A stretch of DNA of 18,737 bases from an uncultured Nitrospinaceae bacterium. Its GTDB lineage: Bacteria > UBA8248. Location of the stretch: assembly GCA_964005815.1 (NCBI GenBank), contig CAXFSR010000055.1, positions 1 to 18,737 on the forward strand, given 5' to 3'. The notes under the pieces were generated by a model that made no database searches, was not told the DNA's origin, and saw only the letters and a program-made list of their open reading frames with translations. This document shows positions 1-7,959 of this stretch, piece after piece (the stretch's first letter is position 1; every line of letters begins with the position of its first letter). Both the position numbers and the translations under genes were made by a program.

Positions 1-1245
1 AGAGGCGTATCTTATGACAATGCAGATCAGGACAATACATCAGAAGATGGAAATCAAAAAGCAGATATGTTATTTCGCCCACGTTTTACAGCTATTTCCG
101 AAAACGGAAAAGTAAAAGCCGTATGGGAATTGGATCTCGGATCATCTGCCTGGGCAGCAGGAAAAACTGCGCCTAAGGTCAATAGGCATTATGTAAATTT
201 TGCTCTACCTGGAAGTAAGTTAAGATTACAGTACGGTAGAGATGATTATGACACCATGGACGGAGTAGTCGTTGCTGCTGTTCCTAACAGAACTCAAGGT
301 TGGCAGATTTCAGGAAAAATATCAGGTATGGACATGATGGCCTGGACTACTAAAATAAGCGAAGGTAGTGCAGGTGGTTCAGCAGGTCCTTGGGGTGGTT
401 CTACCGATGCAGATCTTTATTACGTTGGGGTATCTAAGGATATAAATTCTAATTTGAATTTGCAATTAGGTCTTGTTGTAGAGTCGGACCACAGAGGTGC
501 TACAACGGCAACACCTGACCGCGATATAAGATGGTGGTCAGTCAATGCATCTACGAAATTCGCAGGATTTGATATTACTGCACTTTATGTACTTCAAGAA
601 GGTGATTTAGATTATCCAACCAGTTCCACTTCTGTCTCTGATATCCAAATTAGGGCTCATATGATGGATATTCAGGCTTCGACAAGCTTTGGAAAAACTG
701 GGGTAACATTCAGATTATTCGCTACATCCGGTGATGATTCCACTCTGGATGCATCGCAAAGCCATGGCATGACAGCACAAGATGATGACAATAAACTAAA
801 AAGGTATACCAGTCCGAATTCAGATAGCACGAGTGATACAGATTTACCACAATTAGTGAATGGCAGGTATGTGGGAATAGGTATTGGTTCTGCTATTGAA
901 TCTGCAACTGGTGCAGGAAACGGTGGAACTGTGGCAAATGGTATGAGAATCTTTGAAGTTATTGTTTCACATCCAATTTCTAAAAAATTAACCTTCGATG
1001 GTAATATTTCATCTATTCACTCATCCTCTTCTGCCCAAGACATAACAAGTGGAACTCAATATGTATCAGATAAAAATATCGGGACTGAATTCGATGCAGC
1101 CTTGAAATATGAAATACACAAAAGTCTTTATGCAATGATTGCCTATGCTTATTTGAAATCTGGTGACTATGGAAAATCTACTAGTGCTACAACAAATAAA
1201 GACGATATGTGGGCATGGTATTTTGAAATGAAACATACATTTTAA
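1..1245 (+). CDS. Outer-membrane beta-barrel / porin-like protein (alginate-export-like fold), 5' truncated by window edge
   Basis: Frame is open from base 1 (RGVSYDNADQDNTSEDGNQKAD-M), so the true start lies upstream of the window. Alternating amphipathic beta-strands, a GTEFDAALKYEI motif near the C-terminus, and an aromatic last strand ending in Phe (WAWYFEMKHTF), the BAM signal. Confidence 0.75.
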   Translation, partial: RGVSYDNADQDNTSEDGNQKADMLFRPRFTAISENGKVKAVWELDLGSSAWAAGKTAPKVNRHYVNFALPGSKLRLQYGRDDYDTMDGVVVAAVPNRTQGWQISGKISGMDMMAWTTKISEGSAGGSAGPWGGSTDADLYYVGVSKDINSNLNLQLGLVVESDHRGATTATPDRDIRWWSVNASTKFAGFDITALYVLQEGDLDYPTSSTSVSDIQIRAHMMDIQASTSFGKTGVTFRLFATSGDDSTLDASQSHGMTAQDDDNKLKRYTSPNSDSTSDTDLPQLVNGRYVGIGIGSAIESATGAGNGGTVANGMRIFEVIVSHPISKKLTFDGNISSIHSSSSAQDITSGTQYVSDKNIGTEFDAALKYEIHKSLYAMIAYAYLKSGDYGKSTSATTNKDDMWAWYFEMKHTF

Positions 1246-1274
1246 TTGTATATTCAGTTTTCTAATTTAATCGT

Positions 1275-1309
1275 AAAATGGAAGGGCTTTGCCCTTCCAT
1301 TTTTTTTTT
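1275..1309 (+). terminator. Rho-independent terminator after the porin gene
   Basis: Perfect inverted repeat AAAATGGAAGGGC-TTT-GCCCTTCCATTTT continuing into a T run to 1309, about 30 bp after the stop codon. Confidence 0.9.
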
Positions 1310-1381
1310 AAATAGATCTTAACTCTTTTAAACAAAAAATATATATTGTTTTTTTTTGATTTTTTTACAGGAGATAATGTT

Positions 1382-1768
1382 TTGAAAGTAGCTTACGTTT
1401 TTGCAACATCAGGGAATACTGCTCATTATAAATTGGGGCAAATGATTCTTCCACAATTAGAAGAAAATCGTCATGGAGTAGAAGTAGTAGGCCTATTCTT
1501 TTTCGACGACAACACACTCATTCTTCAAAAAGGAAATGAAATTGGAGAAAGATTGTCAAAGGTAGCAGCCTCTCAAAATATTTTGCTTATGATGTGTGAC
1601 CAATGTGCACTCTCAAGAGGCTTGGCAGAAGGAGCACCAGGCGACAAAGATAGTATAATGACTAAGGCAGCTCCAAAAAATACGGTTGATAACGTTACGG
1701 TAGGTTGTTTCCCAGATTTATATACAGCTTTATCAGGAAATATGCCTGATCAGGTTATTACAATATAG
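1382..1768 (+). CDS. DsrE-fold sulfur-relay-like protein, SaoD-like family
   Basis: The probable start is TTG at 1382, 8 nt after the SD AGGAG (1369-1373), rather than 1346. Sequence KVAYVF...YKLGQMILPQLEENRHGVEVVGLFFFDDN...MMCDQCALSRGL...GCFPDLY shows the DsrE-type FFxD and CxxC-A-x-x-RGL elements. The SaoD family assignment is from memory. Confidence 0.7.
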   Translation: MKVAYVFATSGNTAHYKLGQMILPQLEENRHGVEVVGLFFFDDNTLILQKGNEIGERLSKVAASQNILLMMCDQCALSRGLAEGAPGDKDSIMTKAAPKNTVDNVTVGCFPDLYTALSGNMPDQVITI

Positions 1769-1804
1769 TAAACGTTTATTCTTATAAAACAAACGGGTAT
1801 CAAT

Positions 1805-2926
1805 ATGCCTCAACCTCTACATGGCATTAGAGTAATTGATTTTTCCACTCTTCTGCCTGGTCCTATGGCAACTCTTTTTCTTGCAGAATCAGGAGCAGAG
1901 GTTATTAAAGTGGAACCCAGAGGTAGTGGTGAGGAAATGCGTTTACAACATCCTAGGTGGGGAGAAAGCAGCGTTAGTTTCTCTTTATTAAACCGCGGGA
2001 AAAAAAGTTTAGAAGTAAATCTAAAAAAACCTGAGGAACTTCAACGTATCATTGCTTTGATTAAATCTGCAGATGTACTAGTAGAACAATTTCGTCCCGG
2101 AGTAATGCAACGTCTTGGTTTAGACTATGACACCTTATCTAAAAAGAATCCTAAATTAATCTATTGTTCTATCACCGGATACGGTCAAAACGGCCCTAAA
2201 AAACTGAACGCAGCACATGATTTAAACTATATTGGAGATACAGGACTTTTGTCACTCAGCATGGGACAAGATGAGAGTCCTGTTATTCCTCCTACTTTAA
2301 TTGCTGACCTAGCTGGAGGGTCACATCCTGCTTTTTCTAATATACTTCTTGCCTTAAGAGAACGTGACCAAACTGGCAAAGGTTCTTTTCTTGATATTTC
2401 AATGACAGACAATTTATTCTTTATGATGTATTCATTAATAGGCAATGCTCTAGCACATGATGTTTGGCCTGAAAATGGAAATGAAAAATTGACCGGTGGT
2501 AATCCTCGTTATCATTTATATCCTACAAAAGATGACCGATTTGTTGCTGTTGCTTGTTTAGAAGAGAGATTCTGGAAAAATTTTGTGAACATTATTCAAC
2601 TTGAACCGGAATTTGCAAAAGAAAATAAAGACCCTAATAAAACGAAAAAACGTATTAAAGAAATCATAAAAAGCAAAAGTGCGACCGAATGGGAGAGTCT
2701 CTTTCAAACATCCGATTGTTGCTGCACTATTGTAAAAACACTTAAAGAAGCACTCTCAGATCCTCATTTTGCAAATAGAAATTTATTTTCTAAATTTGTT
2801 GAGAACGATGCAGGAGAAAAAATACCTTCCATTCCAATTCCGATATCCAAGAATTTTCTTTCTAATAACAAAGCAAAAGCCAAGGCTCCTTCACTTGGCA
2901 AAGATAACAGTACACTTTTAAACTAA
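1805..2926 (+). CDS. CaiB/BaiF family III CoA-transferase, alpha-methylacyl-CoA racemase-like
   Basis: PLHGIRVIDFS..LPGP, GAEVIKVEP, NRGKKS, ADVLVEQFRPGVMQRLGLDY, ITGYGQNGP, AHDLNY and ADLAGG (catalytic Asp). Confidence 0.9.
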   Translation: MPQPLHGIRVIDFSTLLPGPMATLFLAESGAEVIKVEPRGSGEEMRLQHPRWGESSVSFSLLNRGKKSLEVNLKKPEELQRIIALIKSADVLVEQFRPGVMQRLGLDYDTLSKKNPKLIYCSITGYGQNGPKKLNAAHDLNYIGDTGLLSLSMGQDESPVIPPTLIADLAGGSHPAFSNILLALRERDQTGKGSFLDISMTDNLFFMMYSLIGNALAHDVWPENGNEKLTGGNPRYHLYPTKDDRFVAVACLEERFWKNFVNIIQLEPEFAKENKDPNKTKKRIKEIIKSKSATEWESLFQTSDCCCTIVKTLKEALSDPHFANRNLFSKFVENDAGEKIPSIPIPISKNFLSNNKAKAKAPSLGKDNSTLLN

Positions 2927-3032
2927 AAAATAAATTAACTTTATGAGTTATTTTTAAATCTATTATAAGATGATATCCTTTTTCTAATTTATTCGGGGTA
3001 AAACAGAAAACTATCAGGGAGTAAAATTCAAA

Positions 3033-3467
3033 ATGGCATTAATAAACATGGTCAAAGATTCGATTGATATAGGAATAGTAGTTCAAGATCTAGAAAAAGC
3101 TTCTCATTTTTATGGAGAAATTTTAGGTTTCCCTATCGTTCGTGAAGTTGAAATCACTGCAGATAAAGCTACGCAGGCAGGATGTGCTTCAGGACGTTTC
3201 CAATTCAAAGCTTTTCAAGCAGGCGAGGTACAACTAAAAGTAGCACAGGCAGATTCCAATCCCAATAATGGTGGAGGAAAAGTAGATGCTTCCACTGGCT
3301 TCCGTTATATTACATTCACAGTTGATAGTGTTGAAGAAACATATAATAATCTCAAGAATGCAGGAGTAAATATTCAAGGAGAAGTAACAGAAGTTATTCC
3401 TGGACGCTTCATTGTTTTCTTTGCAGACCCTGACGGAAATATGCTTGAATGTGTAGGCCCTAAATAA
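3033..3467 (+). CDS. VOC (glyoxalase/bleomycin-resistance/dioxygenase) family protein
   Basis: IGIVVQDLEKASHFYGEILGF at the N-terminus, ITFTVDSVEETY..LK..GV, and FFADPDGNMLE at the C-terminus. SD-like AGGGAG upstream. Confidence 0.85.
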   Translation: MALINMVKDSIDIGIVVQDLEKASHFYGEILGFPIVREVEITADKATQAGCASGRFQFKAFQAGEVQLKVAQADSNPNNGGGKVDASTGFRYITFTVDSVEETYNNLKNAGVNIQGEVTEVIPGRFIVFFADPDGNMLECVGPK

Positions 3468-3520
3468 TTTTTCATCGCCCAGCTCTAGGAAATATTAGCA
3501 CTAACTATAGATGAAATATT

Positions 3521-4126
3521 ATGTTTTCTTTTTTTATTCACTATATTTCTGAATTCACATATTTTGGAATTTTTTTAGTTCTACTTCTTTGTGGTTTGGG
3601 CCTACCTTTACCCGAAGATATTATTATTTTCACATCTGGTTATCTCTCCTACATTGGGACCACCAAACCAATTACAGCTCTTTTCGTTAATTTAATTGGG
3701 ATTCTTGCTGGTGATTTGATTATTTATGGTATTGGCTATTATTATGGGGAACAAATTTTCAAATTTCGTTTTTTAAAAAAAATTGCTACTGAAGAAAGAT
3801 TAAAAAAATCTAAACATTTCTTTACTATTCATGGGAAAAAAGCAGTCTTTTTCGGACGTTTTCTTATGGGATTACGCGCACCACTTTTTCTTGTGGCTGG
3901 AATAACAAAATTTCCATTTAAAACTTTCATAATAATGGATCTAACAGCCGCAATTATAAGCGTTCCTCTTCTTTTTTCGTTGTCTTTTTACTTCGGAAGT
4001 CAGATTGAATACGCTCTAGATATTCTAAGTTCACTTCAAAAAATCATCTTTTTCGTTGGATTCATAATAATTTTTTGTATTTTTTGGAAAGGATTTAAAT
4101 TCATGAAACGAGAAAAAACTAAATAG
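3521..4126 (+). CDS. DedA family membrane protein
   Basis: GLGLPLPEDII, GDLIIYGIG, and the DedA motif FFGRFLMGLR. Several transmembrane segments. Confidence 0.9.
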   Translation: MFSFFIHYISEFTYFGIFLVLLLCGLGLPLPEDIIIFTSGYLSYIGTTKPITALFVNLIGILAGDLIIYGIGYYYGEQIFKFRFLKKIATEERLKKSKHFFTIHGKKAVFFGRFLMGLRAPLFLVAGITKFPFKTFIIMDLTAAIISVPLLFSLSFYFGSQIEYALDILSSLQKIIFFVGFIIIFCIFWKGFKFMKREKTK

Positions 4127-5048
4127 AAAAACTCTCTGAAAAAGATGAAATAGAGTGTGCTCCTAGAGGATCGGAACGAAGATGATGAATTCTACAATTT
4201 ATTCCATGTTCAGTATATATATTCTGCATTGCTATCCCAATTCGTTCTGCATTATCTTCACAAATAGCCAAAACACAAGGGCCAGCACCACTAATACAAA
4301 CTCCAAGAGCACCTGCGTTACGACCAGCTTCAAAAACCTCATCTAAAGGACCCATGAGTTCTTTCCGATAAGGCTGGTGTAGACGATCTTCCATTCCTTC
4401 GGAAAATAAATCATTTTTTCCTAAAGAGAAAGCCGTAAGGAGCATCGCTACTCTTTGAACATTGAAGGTAGCGTCAGAAAGAGTTACCTTATGCGGAAGT
4501 TTTTTTCTCGCTTCGGAAGTATTTACTTCAAAATCTGGAACAAGAATCACCCAGTTGTAATCCTCCTGAACGGGAACTCTTGTATATATTGTCTGCCTAT
4601 TTTTTCCTATTGCAGAAACACAAAAACCACCTACAAGTGCAGGAACAACGTTATCAGGATGACCTTCCATCTTTACAGCTATTTGAACCAATTCATCCAA
4701 ACTTAAAGGCTCTCCAATCAATAAATTGCCTGCAACTATGCCTCCTACTAGAGCTGCAGAACTACTTCCTAATCCCCTAGATAGAGGAATATGATTTCTT
4801 TGTTTCATCCACAATCCTTTAAATGAACGATTGGCTTTTTTAAACACTGCCTTTACAGCATCTACACAGATATTAGTCTCATCCTTTGGAATGATTCCTG
4901 CCCCTTCTCCTTCAACGTGAATAGATAAACCCCAAGGAAGTTCGTCTAATTCAATGCGATTGTAAAGGTTTAATGCCACACCAATAGTATCGAAACCGGG
5001 TCCAATATTTGTCGTGCTAGCAGGAACTTGTACCCTAACAAGCGTCAA
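4119..5048 (-). CDS. thrB: Homoserine kinase (GHMP family)
   Basis: VPASTTNIGPGFD, the GHMP loop PLSRGLGSS, EGHPDNVVPA, DRLHQPYR and ISGAGP. TTG start preceded by SD AGGAG. Confidence 0.95.
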   Translation of the reverse strand: MTLVRVQVPASTTNIGPGFDTIGVALNLYNRIELDELPWGLSIHVEGEGAGIIPKDETNICVDAVKAVFKKANRSFKGLWMKQRNHIPLSRGLGSSSAALVGGIVAGNLLIGEPLSLDELVQIAVKMEGHPDNVVPALVGGFCVSAIGKNRQTIYTRVPVQEDYNWVILVPDFEVNTSEARKKLPHKVTLSDATFNVQRVAMLLTAFSLGKNDLFSEGMEDRLHQPYRKELMGPLDEVFEAGRNAGALGVCISGAGPCVLAICEDNAERIGIAMQNIYTEHGINCRIHHLRSDPLGAHSISSFSESFSI

Positions 5049-5075
5049 ATTTTTTCTCCTTAAGAATCTGATTTT

Positions 5076-5648
5076 TCATTCTAAATTAGTTGAATGCAAT
5101 ATAACACATCCGAATTCTGCCATCTCTTTTAATGCTCTCTCTCCGTCACTCTTTTGTATATTAACAGATTCAACACAGTCACTTATCAAAACTACTTCGA
5201 AACCTTCTTTTCTGGCATCTATTGCGGTTGCTCGAACACAATAATCAGTAGCAAGTCCACAAATGAAAACTTTATTTACTCTGTGTTCTTTCAAAATTTT
5301 AGTAAGTTCTGTTCCTTGAAATCCAGAGTACGCCTCCAGTGATTCATCTCTCCCCTTTGAAACAACTTTGTCGAATAAATGATCATACAGAAAATTATGA
5401 AATTGTGCTCCTTTTGACTCTTCTACACAATGTTCAGGCCACATACCTCCCTGTTTTTCAAAAGAAATATGATTTTTAGGATGCCAATCTCTAGTCCCAA
5501 CGCGTAGCCAATCGTCAATAGCAAGTAATTTGTTAATACGTGGAATTATTTTGTCCCCCTTATCAACCGCCAAAGCACCGCCAGGACAGAAATCATTTTG
5601 CACATCGACTACTATCAAAGCTTTTAAAAATTTAGAGAGATGATCCAT
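5076..5648 (-). CDS. pncA: Nicotinamidase/pyrazinamidase (isochorismatase family)
   Basis: VDVQNDFCPGGALAV, metal ligands in TRDWHP and WPEHCV, catalytic Lys (SKG), YSGF and GLATDYCV (catalytic Cys). Confidence 0.92.
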   Translation of the reverse strand: MDHLSKFLKALIVVDVQNDFCPGGALAVDKGDKIIPRINKLLAIDDWLRVGTRDWHPKNHISFEKQGGMWPEHCVEESKGAQFHNFLYDHLFDKVVSKGRDESLEAYSGFQGTELTKILKEHRVNKVFICGLATDYCVRATAIDARKEGFEVVLISDCVESVNIQKSDGERALKEMAEFGCVILHSTNLE

Positions 5649-5683
5649 TTTATCTTCTATATATTAGAAATAGATTTAATTTT

Positions 5684-6109
5684 TTATTTAAAAACGCATT
5701 CTGGAATTCCAATATCTACTGATTCTCCAGGTTTCTCTTCTATCTTCGTTTCAAATACCCCATCACAATTTTGATCTAAAAAAGTAACATCAAATGGATA
5801 CTTCCCATCCAAATCAAGATTAATTGCAAAAACAATTTTATTGATAGAAAAAGTCTCAAATTGAAAACCCCATTCATCAAGAAACTGTTTGATTATAGTT
5901 TCTTTGCCAGGAATTCTTTTCGAAAAATCTCGTTTGTCCCAACCAAGAAAATTAGAAGTAGCAATTTCAGGAATATCAAAACCAGATAAGTTTTTTTCAA
6001 CAGAAGCAGAACCTGAGTTTCCAGACTGAGCATTTACATATTCTGAAAAGAAAAAACTAGATGTAAAACTTAATGAAAAAATCAAAAAGAAAATCAGACG
6101 AAAATACAT
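5684..6109 (-). CDS. Secreted hypothetical protein with acidic DxDxDG-like motifs
   Basis: N-terminal signal-peptide-like segment (cleavage probably after VNA), SD GGAG upstream, co-oriented with pncA at a 35-bp gap. Confidence 0.7.
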   Translation of the reverse strand: MYFRLIFFLIFSLSFTSSFFFSEYVNAQSGNSGSASVEKNLSGFDIPEIATSNFLGWDKRDFSKRIPGKETIIKQFLDEWGFQFETFSINKIVFAINLDLDGKYPFDVTFLDQNCDGVFETKIEEKPGESVDIGIPECVFK

Positions 6110-6256
6110 TTAAAAACTCCTAAGTAAATCGAAAACAATTATCATACTGACTTCCATATTGAACATAAAGTAGAGCGAAAAATCAAACCACACTTAGATA
6201 CCCAACGAAGAATTATTGAAAAAATTAAGAAATATATAAAAAGGAATCATTTAAGA

Positions 6257-6285
6257 GTGACAAAAAAATAGTATTACGCCAGAAT
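6257..6285 (+). promoter_or_regulatory. Putative sigma70-type promoter for the cupin-MFS genes
   Basis: GTGACA (6257-6262), 17-bp spacer, CAGAAT (6280-6285), about 45-50 bp upstream of the cupin start. Confidence 0.45.
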
Positions 6286-6335
6286 GTATTTCGTAGTTAA
6301 ATAATCCCAAATTTTAAATTAGGAAGGGAATGTAT

Positions 6336-6689
6336 ATGAACTTAGATGATAGGAAAGCTCGCCTGATTGATCCCGCAAAATTAGATTCTGAAGGCATGGC
6401 AGGGGGTGCAACTCACAAAGGAATCATCTCGAAAGAGGCGGACGGAGTAGATTTGAATGTATTTTATTCACGAATTCAGCCAGGACAAACTCACGATTGG
6501 CATCATCATGAAGAAGATGAAGTTATATTTTGTATCTCTGGAAGTGGTCGCTACGACCTTGACGACGGAGAAATAGTTTATGGTCCCGGACAATTTATTT
6601 TCATGCCCAAGGGAACCAGGCACTGTAATCACTGTACTAGTGAATCTGACACTATGCTAGTAGCAATTTTTCAGCCTGCAAGACATTAA
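6336..6689 (+). CDS. Cupin domain protein (Cupin_2-like, metal-binding)
   Basis: Motif 1 PGQTHDWHHHEEDEVIFCISGSG and motif 2 PGQFIFMPKGTRH. ATG 6336 has better SD spacing (AGGAAGG 6321-6327) than ATG 6330. Confidence 0.85.
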   Translation: MNLDDRKARLIDPAKLDSEGMAGGATHKGIISKEADGVDLNVFYSRIQPGQTHDWHHHEEDEVIFCISGSGRYDLDDGEIVYGPGQFIFMPKGTRHCNHCTSESDTMLVAIFQPARH

Positions 6690-6791
6690 ATTCTATTTGA
6701 GTTCTTTAAGAATTAATCCTAAAGGAAATTCCCGGACTGTGTTTACTAGGAATAAGATTTATTCTTTTCCTTCTAAAAAACTGGATGGCAC

Positions 6792-7931
6792 ATGCTAATC
6801 CTAATTTGTTTTCTATCAATTTTCACAGTTTATACTACCGGTTTCCTTATAGGTCCGATTCTTGAAGAAATGTCTTCAGAATTAAATCAATCTATCTCCA
6901 ATCTAAGTCAGCTTGCCGCAATTACTTTTCTCGGTTGGGGAATTGGTGGGCCCATAGCAGGAATTATGACTGATAAATTAGGAGGAAAACGTGTTCTTCT
7001 TTTTGGTCTTATTGGAGTAGTCCTTTCTAATTTCGCAATTTTATTAACGAGCAATTATACAATGCTTCTCTTTCTGCGCTTTACTGCTGGATTATTCTGT
7101 GGTTCTGTCCCTGCAACGTGCATATCTACCTTGGGAGAACTCCTTTCAGGAAAAAAACGTGTCATAGGCATGGGACTTGCTACAGCGGGAATTGCAATCG
7201 GTATGTTTATAGGTCTGCCAAGTGTTGCGTATATCACTTCTTTTTTTGGATGGAGAGGAGGATTTGTTGCATTAGGAATTTTATGTTCTTTAGTAGTTCT
7301 TTTTGTAATTATACTTTTTCCAAATTTAAGGGGGAAAAAAAATCATACGATTTCAAGACAATTTTCTTGGGTAAAAAATTCAAAAACGTGGCATATTATC
7401 GGAGGAAATATATGTGAAAGGTTTATTACAGCAGTTTTTTTGACATACATCTCACTTCTTCTAATAGAAAAATTCAAACTTCAAATTCAGGATATTTCAA
7501 CATTGCTACCTTATATTCTTCTAGGAGCGACTCCAGGAGCGCTTTTAGCAGGTCCTTTCGGCTCCCTTAAAAATTGTTTTCAATACATTTCTTTTATGGC
7601 CTTACTTCAAGGATTCTTAATGGTATTTGTTTTCACTATAGAAACAACATTTGTAATTACTACAATATCTGGTTTCTGTTTAATGTTTCTAAGTCAAACA
7701 AGTAGACCCATGGTTATGAATAGTCTCACCAATGTTGCCCCCGAAGCAAAAGGATCTATAATTGGATTCTATTCTACTAGCAACCAACTCGGTCATATGT
7801 TAGGCGCTTCAATCATGGGATTTGGTTATGCATTAGGGGGGATAAAAACAGCAGGTCCAATTTGTATTTTTGTATCTATAATCGCATGTATTCTATACTT
7901 TAGAATACATTTATCAGAAAAATCAGATTAA
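6792..7931 (+). CDS. Major facilitator superfamily transporter (DHA1-like)
   Basis: About 12 hydrophobic helices, MFS motif A GIMTDKLGGKRVLL, LLFLRFTAG, and motif C-like GMFIGLPSVAYITSFFGWRGGF. The start position is uncertain (see findings). Confidence 0.88.
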   Translation: MLILICFLSIFTVYTTGFLIGPILEEMSSELNQSISNLSQLAAITFLGWGIGGPIAGIMTDKLGGKRVLLFGLIGVVLSNFAILLTSNYTMLLFLRFTAGLFCGSVPATCISTLGELLSGKKRVIGMGLATAGIAIGMFIGLPSVAYITSFFGWRGGFVALGILCSLVVLFVIILFPNLRGKKNHTISRQFSWVKNSKTWHIIGGNICERFITAVFLTYISLLLIEKFKLQIQDISTLLPYILLGATPGALLAGPFGSLKNCFQYISFMALLQGFLMVFVFTIETTFVITTISGFCLMFLSQTSRPMVMNSLTNVAPEAKGSIIGFYSTSNQLGHMLGASIMGFGYALGGIKTAGPICIFVSIIACILYFRIHLSEKSD

Positions 7932-7959
7932 AAGTATGTATAAAATTTAAGCGTAATTA

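Noticed and set aside
1346..1381. N-terminal extension MFFFDFFTGDNV of the DsrE-like ORF, and T-runs as phase-variation tracts
   Set aside because: The extension is translated poly-T upstream of a good SD plus TTG at 1382. T-runs are expected in this AT-rich intergenic DNA.
1382..1768. Selenocysteine (UGA) read-through in or near the SaoD-like gene
   Set aside because: The gene has no in-frame TGA and ends in TAG. No neighbouring gene appears interrupted by TGA.
2927..3032. Short inverted repeat TAACT-TTATG-AGTTA after the CoA-transferase as a terminator or operator
   Set aside because: A 5-bp AT-rich stem is too weak and is expected by chance.
6110..6329. 220-bp divergent intergenic region as ncRNA/riboswitch, and a weak hairpin over the cupin SD (about 6305-6329)
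   Set aside because: No recognisable riboswitch or tRNA motif. The pairing is imperfect and AT-only apart from a few G-C pairs, and divergent promoters explain the space.
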